Shown here piece after piece: positions 1 through 13,890 of a stretch of DNA of 64,000 nt (the stretch's first letter is position 1; each line of letters starts with the position of its first letter). Origin of the DNA: Octopus sinensis. Lineage: Eukaryota. The stretch covers positions 8,246,001 through 8,310,000 of the forward strand of contig NC_043018.1 of the NCBI RefSeq assembly GCF_006345805.1. The letters run 5' to 3'. Under the pieces are notes generated by a model. That model made no database searches. It was not told the DNA's origin and worked only from the letters and a program-made list of their open reading frames with translations. The position numbers and the translations under genes are program-made.

Positions 1-32
<32 letters not shown>

Positions 33-1058
33 CATACATACATATATATATATTTATACATTTATATATAAATTTATACACATATAAATACACACACACA
101 CAGCGTATAAAGAGAGATAGAAGAAAATGTGTGCAAATTGTGACAATGTTGAACAATTCCAAAATACAAGAGAAAAATGGTTAACTTTAGAAATTATTTC
201 ATTACTTGAGTTGAAATAATTTTTCAAATGATTTTTATTAATATCATTTTTAATTAAACCCATCGTTAAATCAAAATCACTTAATTCAAAATCATTTCAC
301 CATTTATAATATATTGACAAGATATACTCAGACACACAAGAAAATATCTTCTGTTTTTTGTTTTTTTGTTTTTTGTTTACAAATTTACAAGACATTGATA
401 AAACAAATACTTAATAAATACAAAAAAAAAAAAGAAAACATAGCCAAGAACAACAAAAAAATTGATACACAACTAACTATTTCATATGAAGCTAATCAAA
501 GCAATTAAAAAAAAAAAACAACAAAACTTCATGGAACAAAATTTAACTATAATAGATAAAACTATTAACAACAACATTTCAAAAATTCTCAATTACATTT
601 TTGTTATATTAAAATATATATATATGTGTGTGTGTGTACATACAAATATTTTTTTGTTACAAAAATATTACCAATGTACATAATTTTGATAATTTTCTTG
701 TTTTTCATTGTATACAAATATCATTATTATTATTACCATTAATAATATTATTAATTCTTTCTTTTTCATGAACTGTCAATCAATGCCACAGCATTATTTA
801 AGAAAGATTCAATTTCTTTATTTATAAATTTTGAATTCTTAACCATTTGCCTGACCAAAGCATTTTCATATGTTCGTCCTAACCTCATGGTCGAAAAAAA
901 AAAAATCAAGAACATGTATCATATATATAATACATGAACGCCAAAGAAATACATCATGTGTGTCACATGGAATACACAGCGGGACAGGCAAACGGCCAAG
1001 ACAGTTGTGTGAATAGTTTTGCAAAGATCATTGAAAACAGGTTCTGGAACTCTAAACA

Positions 1059-1099
<41 letters not shown>

Positions 1100-1634
1100 T
1101 AATAATAATGTCAGTTAAATTACATGATATTGTAGGCAACCATTTAAAACAATTACAGGGGCACAAGAATAGTTTATCAGCGTTTAGCTGATAAGTAATG
1201 TCTGTGTTTATAGGAATAGGTTTGGTTTTATTAAGAAAGAAATTACTATTAGTATTATCATCATTATTTTTATTGTTATTATTATTATTATGCTTAATTG
1301 ATCTCAATAGGTTGTTGTTTTTTTTTTGTTTTTTCTTTGGTGTCTTTTAGGCTTCAACAATTCTTTCAGATACCTCATGAGATTCATTAAAATACATCTT
1401 TTGAGTATATTAATGTTTGATAAAAAATATATTTATATATAAATGGAAACAGTGTGTACACGGTTATCCCATAATGTTTATTTTTGTAGGGGGGATAGAT
1501 AGATAGACAAATAGATAGATAAACAGATGGATAGATAGACAGACAGATAGTAGGGGAGAGGAAGAGAGATGCTTTGAAATAAATGCACATGGATACTTCA
1601 AAATGTATAATTTTATAGTGTGTTTGTGTGTATA

Positions 1635-1715
<81 letters not shown>

Positions 1716-2427
1716 AAACTTTTAAAAAATATGTCTCTGGCCTTTTCAGAGAGATGGGTCTGAAACATGTTACTCACACACACACACACAAAGCAAATCT
1801 TTCTCAAGACCACAAGGATCATAGATTTATACAGCCAGGTTCCCATAACTTTTAGTGGATGTAAATCAAAGCCCCACCTGGATAGGAGATGGTGGTCTAT
1901 GACATGTTTTTCTAGTGGAGAGCATTGAACTTGGCACTTGAAGCCGACCACCAACACGTTCATCAGTTCTCTAGTGTTGCCACTGTTTACAGCAGTGACA
2001 ACAACATATTGTGATACCTAGAACACTAACGGAACCAAAATCGTTTTTGTGGAATCTTTTTAATTCTTAGAACTTTTTGGCTCTTGAGATGATTAAGTAT
2101 CCTTAGCTACATACAACTACAGATCTAGCAATTCGTCAGTTATGATGACAAGTGTCCCAGCTGATCTGATCAATGGAACAGTCTGATCATGAAGCCCTCC
2201 ACATAGTTCTCAGGGAAATTCAGCGTGACACAGTGTGACAAGGTTGGCCCTTTGAAATACAGGTACAACTCATTTTTGCCAGATGAGTGGATTGGAGCAA
2301 TGATGCAATACGTCGCTGGATATCGAACTCATGACCTTATGGTCATAAGTCAAATACCACAACCACTAAGCCATGTGCGTTAAGCAATACGTACATCTAC
2401 AGAACTGGTGATAGTATTTAAACTTCT

Positions 2428-2646
2428 TATTTCTTTACTGCCCACAAGGGGTTACACACAGAGGGGACAAGCAAGGACAGACAAACGAATTAAGTGCATT
2501 ATATAGACCCCAGTGCATAACTGATACCCCAAAAGGATGAAAGGCAAAGTTGACCTCGGCAGAATTTGAACTCAGAACGTAGCAGCAGACAAAATACCGC
2601 TAAGCATTTCGCCTGGCATTCTAACGTTTCTGCCAGCTTGCCACCT
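2428..2646 (-). mobile_element. SINE family B (ggtggcgagctggcagaa head; gcctttcatcctttcggggtcgat central block; taaagaaata tail)
   Basis: tRNA-like A and B boxes (gagttcaaattcc). At least 12 copies in the window. Confidence 0.88.
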
Positions 2647-3337
2647 TATATATATAAACTTCTGATAGCTTCTTCACCTGCTCTCCCATTTCTCAAGTAT
2701 TTTTCAATACATCATCCTGCGACGACGTACCCAGACAAATCATAAGTGATGTTTCCTAGGGTCATTAGGTGTTTCAGTTCTTTCAACTAATGACACCCTC
2801 ACCTAGGTCATCCAACCAGGGTTGATCAACCCCCACCCACTAGCACTACCCCTCATAGCCAGTGCTGCTTCCAGGGAGAGCTCGCATCTCCTGATCTACT
2901 AACGCCAACTTGAGGGCAACCTCTGCTACTTCCACAACCAACCCAAACCTTCTCTTACTGTGCTCCTGTGATGCCAAGCATGTTGCAAACTCTGCAGAGG
3001 GATTGGCCTGCAAACCCTCTGCATCCTGCCTTCACATCTGATGTTAAATAAGTTGGCATTGAATGTGGAATCAGTGACAGCAAATAAGCAGCAATACACA
3101 GCTGTGCCAAAACATCTCATATATATACCACACACAACACATACATACATACATACATATATATAAATATATACATACATATATATATATATATATAAAT
3201 ATATACATACATACATAGACACAAAACACACAGACATATATTGTAGTTCCTCAAGAAATGTCATATGAATTTTCTTTCTAAAAATATGAAAGGTCTGCAT
3301 GTGCACAGACATTGCATTTATACAAATTAATGCACAC

Positions 3338-3374
<37 letters not shown>

Positions 3375-3721
3375 TATATCATTTACCATCCATGTTCTGT
3401 GTTGGCGTGGGTTGGCCTGTTTTACAGGATCTGATGGGCCCAAGGACTGAACAAGTCCTTAAATAGCTGGGCAAGATAATGAAATGTGTTAACAAGGGAG
3501 TTTTTACCGGGTTACTTGACCTGTGAAAAACAGCAGTCAAAAATCAAATCACACCCTACCATCTTAAGGAGATGGGGGGTCCAGACGCATTGTACAATGT
3601 AACTGTAGGTATATAAAGAAAGATGGTCATGAGCTGTACTCCACCACATCACACTCCACCTTCAATTTCAGCTTGATTGTTCAGTACTGTTTTGGCAATT
3701 TCTTTCATTATTTATTCCATC

Positions 3722-4075
3722 CCATCATTATCATCATTTAACATCCATTTTCCATGTTGGCATGGGTTGGACAGATTGACAGAAGCCAGTGAGCCAGAGG
3801 GCTGCTCCAAGCTCCAACATTTGCCTTTTGCATCATTCCTATGGCTGGATGTCCCTTCCTAATGCCAACTCCTTTACAAAGTGTACTCAGTGCTTTTTCA
3901 TGTGGCACCATCGTCAGTGAGGTTAACATGTACCTCTCAAGCCAAGACCCCCTCAACTTGAGGGGAATGGGGAATAATATTGAGGGAGGTGGCTTTGTGC
4001 CAGAGGATGTAAGGTTAAAGTATAACAGAGGGACAGAAACAAATGTTTTGATGCAGAGGAGAGACATGGCTACTC
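3722..4075 (-). mobile_element. GAT-tailed retroposon family G (ggaagggcatccag core), long variant
   Basis: (CAT)n-gtttaacatcc end on the plus strand. Similar copies at 14045-14440, 22880-23460 and 41170-41640. Confidence 0.75.
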
Positions 4076-4727
4076 CAAAAAATAATTATAAAATAACAAC
4101 AACAATAACAAAAATCCTCCTGACTTGGAATTCATTCTGTAAAATCCCTTACGTTCTATTTACTTCCAGCACCCAACACCCTTGCCTGACCCCTGAATCT
4201 TTATTTATGCAGTATCAATTCTTGAAACCCAATGTAAAGGGTTTCATATCTAATCTAAAGATGCTACTACACAATTCCTGAGATTTTATGTAGTATTGTC
4301 TTCATGTTGAGATCCCAAGCAGCTTTTGCTCCACGCGTACCTTGGAATCAATTCTTCAGTGACCCGTTTTTACCATTGTTTCTCTGCGGAATGTTTACGT
4401 TTTCTGGAATGTTGATTTAAAATCCCTTTTTGAACCCTGAGCTGGTACATGTGTCTGTGGTGATGGCCATGAGGGCATGGCTGTTCTTGTAATAGGCATG
4501 GCTGTTCTTGTAACCCTCAGGTCACCAAGCCTATAACCAAATGCATTCCCTCCATGACTATCCAACCACCAGTGTCTCTAGAACTACTGTAACTAATGTA
4601 CCCCCCCTTTTTTTTTAACATAGTGGGAAGTAATTTGAGAGATTTCATTGGTATTTCTAGCATGTCAAGTCAGCACACAAGTGTTCTTTCATCAACTGTT
4701 ACCACCACCCCCACACATTAATATATA

Positions 4728-4960
4728 TATTTCTTTACTACCCACAAGGGGCTAAACATAGAGGAGACAAACAAGGACAGCCAAAGGGATTAAGTTGATT
4801 ACATCGACCCCAGTGCGTAACTGGTACTTTATTTATCGACTCCGAAAGGATGAAAGGCAAAGTCGACCTCGGCGGAATTTGAACTCAGAAGGTAACGGCA
4901 GACGAAATATGGCTACGCATTTTGCCCGGCGTGTTAACGTTTCTGCCAGCTTGCCGCCTT
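4728..4960 (-). mobile_element. SINE family B
   Basis: Full-length copy. Confidence 0.9.
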
Positions 4961-5322
4961 TATCTTAATGCCAATCACTTTACAGTGGTATAAACACACA
5001 CACACACACACAGGTGTGTCTGTCTGTGTGTATTGTTATTTGGCCCCCAAGTCAGCTCAAGAAGTAAACCTATGAAAGAAGGCACAAAGAGACATTTGTT
5101 GTCGTAGTGTGTGTGCAAGTATGCCAAGCATGTGTGGTTATATGAGTGTGTGTGTGTTTATACATATATATCTGGGTGTGATGTACACAAAATATGCAAA
5201 TGACAATAGTAAATCACTAGAAAAATATAAAACATTCTCCAGGAGGTATAAAGAGACAAAATATACATGTATACTATACTGTTCAGTATATTATTTCTAT
5301 GTATAAATATACATACATTCTT

Positions 5323-5359
5323 ATACCATATAACATATATACATACATACATATACATA

Positions 5360-5396
<37 letters not shown>

Positions 5397-5507
5397 ATAT
5401 AAATATACATACATATATATATATACAAATACATATATATACGTACATATATATACGTACATATATATACATACATATATATACGTACATATATATATAC
5501 ATACAAC

Positions 5508-5543
<36 letters not shown>

Positions 5544-5577
5544 ATATAATATATATATATATACATACATATACATA

Positions 5578-5611
<34 letters not shown>

Positions 5612-5891
5612 TACATACATACATATATATATATACATACATATATATATATATATCATACATATATATATACATATATACATACATACATATATATATA
5701 TACATACATATATATATATATATATACATACATATTATATAATATATATTTTATACATACATATATTATACATATATACATACATACATATATATATATA
5801 CATATATATAACTACATAATATATACATATATATACATATACACATATACATACATATATATACATACATACATACATACATACATATACA

Positions 5892-5925
<34 letters not shown>

Positions 5926-5958
5926 CATACATACATACATATATATATATATATGTAT
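5323..5958. repeat. Compound (TA)n/(TACA)n microsatellite
   Basis: Direct reading. Confidence 0.95.
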
Positions 5959-6515
5959 ATAAAAGTACAATATTATACACGTATGCACAAAAATACATGT
6001 AGATGCATGTGCATTCTTGTATGTTCTATAATTTAACAGTGATATCAAAATATATATATACATCATTACATCAAGCATAGAAAACCTCCCTAAAAAAACA
6101 ACACAATTTTAAGAAATATTTTCCCATATACATATATACACACATTTATATATATATATATATATATATATGCTGGTAGGTGTCTTTGAAGTAAGAGCTT
6201 CTTAAAATGAAAATTATCAATCATATTAAAAGACAATCTTAAAAAGAAAAAAAACCCCTCAAAATGACACAAACCTTATGGAAGGATTTTTCATATTGTG
6301 TGTAAGCGCTTTCATGCAAAATGAAAGTGTCTTCTCGAAAGGTTAGTGTCATTCTACTTTTTTTTTTAAAATTAATAATTTTTATTTTAAGAAAATCTTT
6401 CTTCAAATAATGTCTCTATCAAGCAATTACATGCATACATACATAAGTATATATACAAATACACACACACACACACATACATATATATATACATACACAT
6501 GTTTATACGTATGTG

Positions 6516-6566
<51 letters not shown>

Positions 6567-6576
6567 GTGTTATAGT

Positions 6577-6607
<31 letters not shown>

Positions 6608-7092
6608 CATTATAACTGTGTGTATATATATATATATATATATACATATAAACGTGTGTGTTATATATATATATAATATATATATATATACTATATATAT
6701 ATATACATATATAAACGTTGTGTGTATATATATATATTATATATATATAAGATTAATCAGCAGCCGAAATGCTAAGATGATCTGGTTCTTGACTGATGAC
6801 TGAGGGCTATCGAATGTCCCGTCCTGTGGTTCTTGTGTCGTCTCTGTGGTGTTTCCATGTTCTTGTCCATGTCTGTAATTAATTTTACTGTTTACTATAT
6901 ATATATATATATATATAACACATACATACATAGATGGGATGTATACATCTAAAATATTTCAAGAATAAACATAAAATGTGATAGAGCCCAAACAGTTGAT
7001 ACAAAGGGAAATATAATACAACCACATTTTGTAAATCAACGTTTTTCAGTTTGTGGTGTGTGTGTGTGTGAGTGTGTGCACGCGCGCGCATA

Positions 7093-7311
7093 CGAGGTGG
7101 GGCCGAAAGGTTCCTGGCTTTTAAGGGTATCACAAACAGCCTCGTCGGAGGCCCAACCTTTCGAGTTCTTTTACAGGGCTTAGAAAAACTGAAGGACCGC
7201 TGGAATAAGTGTGTGAATCTGAAAGAAGGATACGCTGAATAAAATCATCTTTAACTGATCCTCCAGTATTTTCATTTACCCTAAGCTGGGAACTTTTTCT
7301 GCACCCCGTTG
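7093..7311 (+). mobile_element. About 220-bp mariner-derived MITE, copy 1
   Basis: TA-flanked imperfect TIRs cgaggtggggccgaaaggttcctggc / gctgggaactttttctgcaccccgttg. The interior resembles a mariner 3' end. Confidence 0.75.
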
Positions 7312-7981
7312 TACATGGCCAGGTGGTAGCTACCTACCAGCAATATGAATGATTGATTGGAATTGTCAAAAATGACAAATACAAAAATAAAGCAATAAAA
7401 TACCCAAAATTTTGCATCCAATTTCATGCCGTTGGCCTGTTTGAGTAACTTCCCCTTATTTTGTTTACGGCTTTTGTAAACAGATTCAGTTTTGTGTGGA
7501 AGTGAATAATATATTCTATATAGTAAAAATATTGACTAACAATATATTTAGCATAGTAGTGTTTGTTGTATACGTGTGTGTGTGTGTGTGTGTGTATGTG
7601 TGTGTGTGTGTGTGTGTGCACGCACATATTTACATACTTTCTTTGTGTGTGTGTGTGTGTATGTGTATATGTGTGTGTGTGTATGTGCACGCACATATTT
7701 ACATACTTTCTTTGCAACATGCTTGCATGGATTGAACAAGTTTTATCGCACTTTGCCCCAATCTTCTGACACACAGCAACAAAGAAAAATGTTCACTCTT
7801 GACCTGGTTGTTCTCTTTTTATCACTAACCATCACATATTTTTATATATATATGGTAGTGTATGTGTGCATGTACAGCAGTGCATGATTGCATGCTTCTT
7901 CACTGTTATGCAATTATTTTGGCATTTTGGATAAAACACCTGTATGACATAAAGCTTAGAGTGCCACACCTGTTTTCTGCT

Positions 7982-8021
<40 letters not shown>

Positions 8022-8233
8022 CCTCTCTCTCTCTCTCAGAGAGGCACAAGCACCTACACACACATATACACACATGACAGTAACTTCCGCCTACCAAATT
8101 CAATCACAAAGCTTCGGTCGGCGGGGCTATAGCAGAAGACACTTGCCCAAAGTGCCACGCGGTGGGACTGAACCCGAACCATGTAACTAGGAAGCAAGCT
8201 CCCTAACCACACAAACAACACACTCATATTATA

Positions 8234-8288
<55 letters not shown>

Positions 8289-8315
8289 GATAATATATAT
8301 ATACATATATATCTA

Positions 8316-8365
<50 letters not shown>

Positions 8366-11300
8366 CACATACATATAATTACATATACCTATATATATAT
8401 ACATATATTTGTATTTAGGACAGGGTTCTTGAACTGATGTCAGTGCGTGCCTGATAACATGTATAACCTTTCTTCCCACAAACATTTGATCTAACAGGTT
8501 ATGTCAACTGAAGTTTGCTTGTTAGTTTAATATACATGTTTGTAATGCTGTGATAACTAATTTCTCGACTAACATCAAGGCCAACAGAGACACAGGCCAT
8601 TAACCTCATCTCTTATTCTGTCTTCATCAACACCATATTTACTAAAGTATGTTCTGATTGTCTTCAGGCATTACATTTCCAGCTCCAGCACTCACTCACT
8701 CTCACACATACACAACCATGCAAGCTTCACAAGAAGATTGAACCCACAAACTTTTATTTCTAATACAGGCTATCATCAATGTCCTTATTTACTGTCACTG
8801 CAGTCCTGAAAGAAACACACACACATAAATCCTAATGTTAACTTTTCTAACATGTGGTCTGTCCTGGTAGCTAATTATTGTAAGGGAGATAATTACTTTT
8901 AAATTAACCATAGTAGGATCTGAAGTTTGAATTTCAAATTGAAAAGCAACGAAGCAGCAGCTCAGAATGGATATATTTCATATGTTCTCCAACTCATTAC
9001 AAAGATCTTAACATTTTTATCCTGTATAATACCATTTCATCCTTATTTGAAATCACCAGCATGGCATTACCCAACGTGAATAAATTACATCATATGAAGC
9101 AGGGTAGTGATTTTGGACTCAAGTTAGGGAGGAGTTCATTGATCAGTTCATCAATTAGTGCTAGGTATATTATTTCTCTGAGCATCACCCTTATGTATAC
9201 TAGTGACTATATAAACTAAGAAAGGGGCAACTGAATATTTTGTTAAATTGAATCCATGATCATCACATTCTCTCAACTATTGAGTTAACATCATCACCTG
9301 TTTAATATATATGATGAAGGTGGTGAACTGTCAGAATCATTAGCATGCCAGACAAAACACTTTGCAGTATTTCATCTGTCTTTTTGTTCTGAGTTCAAAT
9401 TCTGCTGAGGTAAACTTTGCCTTTCATCCTTTCAGGGTTGATAAAATAAGTACCAGTTGAACGCTGGGTTGATGTAATTGACTTTGTGCTAAATTTTGAA
9501 GACAATATATGTAATGATAAAATGTTTTAATGTCTATGATAGCAAACTGTAAATTACTCTACAATGTTTGGGGAACTCATCATTAGAGGTGAAAAATATT
9601 TCAATATTTACATTTGCTTTATGTTTGGAATAGTTTGATCTCTGACCACCATCAAGGGCCTTATTCTTGGGTACATATACATGTGTCAGTGACCCGGTGT
9701 AATGTTTTTCAAAGAGGGTTCCAAAAATTCCCAGCATTATGTGAAAGAATATTCTAAAACAACTATTTAATATATTGTTAAAATCAAGTTGTGAGGGAGG
9801 TCCATAAAATATAGGGGTTGGTTATATAATTTTTGGAAAATTGTGTAATGGGTTTGGAAACTGTTGACCTTAGTGGAAAAGAGTATTACTAATCTTTGTT
9901 TGGAAATAAAGGGTTTCCAGTTCAAATTCAGTCCAGTACTGTATGTACACATCCAAGAATAAGTCATTTGATGATGAGCAAAGATAAATCAGTTGCGCAG
10001 ATGTAAAAATTAATGCATTTTTTTACCACTAAAAATAAGGTTAGTAGTTTGTAAAATTACAGTCATATCAAAATATATATTATTGTGGTTGTATATCCTC
10101 AAAATTAGTTCTGCTTTTCAGATGGTAGCTGGCTAAGAAAATCTCTGATTATGACCAACATATCTAGCTCTAAAAATATTACAGTCCTCTCTTCATCTAA
10201 TTGAAGATCCTATGTCACACTGTGGTGCACCATAGATTTGACACTCAAAATATGCTGGGTTTCTTCCACTGCCCAATCTGTTTTTGTATGTCTACAGGGC
10301 CTGGTGCTGGTTATAGCAGAACTGGGTAAGGTACAGCAGTTATTCCCTACCCTTGCTATGCTACCAGTAATTGGGTGGGACTATGTTCACCCTAGATGTT
10401 CATTATTTTTATGTTCACAGGTCATGTTTGTATGTTCAGGAATTCTCTCTTTCATATTTAGGGGATGCAGGACCCATAAATTTCATATGACCCCTATTCA
10501 ATTGAGGTTTATGTTCAGCATGAACTTCTGTAGGTTGTTACTTGGAAAAACATGGGCAGGAGGAGAAGGTGTGGGATTTTTAAATGCTTGCACCCTTGGA
10601 AAATAAGGTTTTGGAAAAATATATGACACAACATTTAAGGGTGGTGGTGATGGTTGGGATAGGGTAAGACAAGGAGGAGGAACAAATGCATCATGGGATA
10701 CACAAAACCATTGTTGAAGTGGTTGTAGAAGAGAGAGAAATCTTGTCACCTCCAAGCTAAAAGATTTCCTGCAGCACATCTTATCTGGGTATCCATCTTC
10801 ATCAAATACTTAAACAAGAGCTACTAGTTATACGAATGGGTATGGGTTTGAAATATTGGTTATTGATGGATTTCAAGTTGATTTTGACAAACATTCAACC
10901 AATGGTATAACTATACACTCTATATTTTTTTAATACTTTAACTGGCTGAATATTCCACAGACAGATGTAGCTTGATAATATTCCTAAGGTAGAATTAGAA
11001 AAGGATGTGTGTGTGTGTGTGTGGGTGTGGGTGTATTGAAATAATCCGAGTATTCCACATGGTTTCTGTCTCCCCTAATTTCATTAACAAAGCTTGGGTT
11101 AACCCAGGGCTGTCGCAAGAAAATACTGGTCCAGGTGTCACATATGAGGATTGAACTCTGAGCCAACATGATTGTAAAGCAAACTATTTAACCACACAGC
11201 CAGGTGTGCCCTGAACACACACACAGATTCAATAACTGTATCTGCTTACTGGTTTCTACAATATTCTTGTTGTTCGTTCAACAAAACTACAAACTCATTA

Positions 11301-11999
11301 TAATAAAAGTGGTTGAGTATCCCACTGCTGAACCCCTTTTTACTTAGTGAATCCCAAACACCTGATTCAGACAATTAAAATCCAGACATTTCATGTTACT
11401 TTATTATGAACCCTAAAATAAAATAATATTCCTAAGAGAGAAGTTAGTGAAAGTACCCTGTTCTTCTTCATCTGTACCCTGCCCCAGCAATAATGAATGA
11501 CTGAGAGAGTAAAGAATCAATAGTTGATGCTGATTAGATCAATAATTAACAATATTGATTAACTAAATACTTTGTCATATCTCATAATGACAACTGATTG
11601 TTATCTTGTTCTTTGTCAGTCACCTGGAACTGCAGACTCAGTTCAACCAAGCAGTGAGTCAGTGGCTGTTCTGTTACAATGACTCAAGATTCTGGATAAA
11701 TCTCATTGTTCAACATCTGATGATGTCGACTGATCGATTTACTTTGAACCAGTGAAACATGTTACTTCACAACATACCGCTAAAGACAAAAAGCAATAAA
11801 TAAATAAATAAATAAAAAAGGGGTTTCTAAATGCTGTTGCAGGAGTTGATTTTGTTTTGACTCACAGATGTTGAAACTGAAAAACAGAACAAAGTCCAAG
11901 GCTAGCATTCTCAGGTTACAAAAGCCTCAACTATTATTCCGCACTTCAAAGAATTTACCTCAAAATGCTTTCATTATGTAAGATAATCTCTTACCTGAA

Positions 12000-12525
12000 G
12001 GTACTTCCACCTTAAATTCTTCAATCATTAATGAATATTTGAAGGGATAAGGTATAAACCTTAATTTTCCCATCATTACTAAATATTTCATAGTTTACTA
12101 ATCCTCAATTTTTCACATTACTTATGAAAAGTTTCAAGAGGGAAAATATCTTCCCTCTAAATTCTGCTTTCTTTAATGAAAAATTCCAGGTGTATGCATC
12201 AGAAATTTTCCCATCATTTATAGAAGTTTCAAGAGAGAAGATATTTTCACTCTAAATTCTGCTTTATTCACTGAAAAAATTTAAAGAAGGTAGATACACC
12301 CAAAATTTTCCTTTACTTTAAGAAAGTTCCAAAGGAAAAGGTATACCCCTGATCTTCTTCATGAAAAGTCTACCCACTTCATAGAAAATTTCAAGGGACA
12401 AAACATACCCTCTCTCTAAAACAATTTTACCTTCTTTATAAAAAAAATTTATGGGAGAAGGCATACCCTCTTTCTCCAAACCCAAAATTATACCATCTTC
12501 ATAGAATATTTCAAGGCAGAAAGTC
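12000..12525. repeat. Degenerate AT-rich minisatellite, about 50-bp unit
   Basis: Recurrent gaaa.tttcaag.ga.aa..tata.cctct.aaattt motifs. Confidence 0.6.
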
Positions 12526-12819
12526 CAATACTCACCTGAAAATTTCTTTTAATTCTCTATTTGTCAGATCTTCTCTTTGAATTCAACTCCCTTTTGACAA
12601 AAACCTCCAGTCAGACTATGAGTTGTTACTCAAATTATAAAAATAGCAATAGAGAATTAGGTTTAACCCTGAGCTACCTTGTAACCCTCAGTAAGGTCAA
12701 GTGAATGTGTTGAAGAGATACGCTGAAGATTAAGCAAGTCGAAAATAGCTTGGACTATATTAACCATTAGAAAAATAAAAGGCTTCACTGCAAAACTTGT
12801 TTACAGAGAAGTTCAAATG

Positions 12820-12825
12820 TTTATT
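12820..12825 (-). terminator. Candidate AATAAA poly(A) signal about 0.67 kb after the LPGAT1 stop
   Basis: tttatt on the plus strand is AATAAA on the minus strand, followed by U-rich sequence. No transcript data. Confidence 0.25.
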
Positions 12826-13430
12826 TGGTTGTTTGCTTTGTTTGCTTTCCTTTTTTCCAATTGAAAGTATGAGCTTCGTAACATTAACGAATACTTAAGC
12901 GGGTAATATTTTGTCTAATAACATTGATGAGCAATATGGCAGTGAGCTTCTATAATATATGCATGACCCTATCTGCCTATCTATGACACCCTGTATCTCA
13001 AGGTAAACAACCCCTTTCTTCCTCCACAATGTGACCCCCACACTTCACCAAGTAGCTGTGTATGACACAGGTGAATGTCGTTAATAGGATTTAGGGAATT
13101 TCTGAGATATTTGCCATTGATGTGGGCGATACCATGATGTACTAATGCTATAGTGCAAGAGTGTAATAGAGTGTGTTTGTGTGTGTATGTGTTTGTGTGT
13201 GAGTTTATGCATATGGGAATGTATTGTGTATGCACGTGCGGGGGTGTGTGTATGTAAGAGAGAGAATGTATGCGTTTGTTTATGTATAGAATGTTACTCC
13301 CAACTATGTCAAATATTATTGAAGACACTGTACAAAATGTTCACACACACACACACACACACACAACACACAAACATTATATGTATACAAATGCAGGCAC
13401 ACTCACATATACCTCTTATCATGTATGAAA

Positions 13431-13464
<34 letters not shown>

Positions 13465-13498
13465 ATGAAAGTAAGCCATTTATAATAACAATCAACTG

Positions 13499-13890
13499 CT
13501 ACCACCAGTTGCGTAATATCGAAGAAATGACAGTGTACTGGATATACGCAGAGACAATATAAAACGTGTGATATAAAAGGTCACCGAGCAAGTCAGGAGA
13601 AATCTGCCGAGCCCCAATTCTTGGAAAGTCCCGCTTCTGCTGGTCCGTCATGCTTAAGAGGACCCCATGCTTGTAGTAGTTGCCCAACATCTTCTCCTTT
13701 TCAATGTACAGTTCATTCATCCAGTCTGTGAGTCCTTTGTTGTCGACAGGGATCTTGTTGGCAGGGTATATCCGATAATGCATAAGGATATGACAGGGGG
13801 GCCAATAGCCAATACCAATACCATGGATATCAAGAGGCCGACCTTTAGGATATGCGATAGTGACATCCACAACATACTTGAATTTGGGAT
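13499..13890 (-). CDS. LPGAT1: LPGAT1-like terminal coding exon 5 (DPKFKYVVDVTIAYPKGRPLDI...HYRIYP...RNWW*)
   Basis: Acceptor ttatttccag, 392 nt, phase 1 in, TAG at 13501-13499. Acyltransferase C-terminal domain motifs DVTIAYP and HYRIYP. Confidence 0.95.

Noticed and set aside
1351-1410. Strong plus-strand acceptor (long T tract, ttttag)
   Set aside because: All frames close within about 30 codons and no upstream exon lies in the window.
3885-3920. Minus-strand CTGACGA...GAAA
   Set aside because: No NUH triplet or stem III. It is a mutated family G monomer.
4474-4513. 19-bp tandem duplication inside a moderately GC-rich open-looking segment
   Set aside because: Minus frames contain stops and there is no recognisable motif. 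Probably an old repeat fragment.
6795-6830. CTGATGA...CGAATGTC hammerhead-like string
   Set aside because: GAAA is incomplete, and stems I and II do not pair.
10298-10325. Plus-strand 28-nt mini-exon with good splice sites, within ORF 10238-10606
   Set aside because: No partner exons or recognisable protein. Isolated splice-like sites are common.
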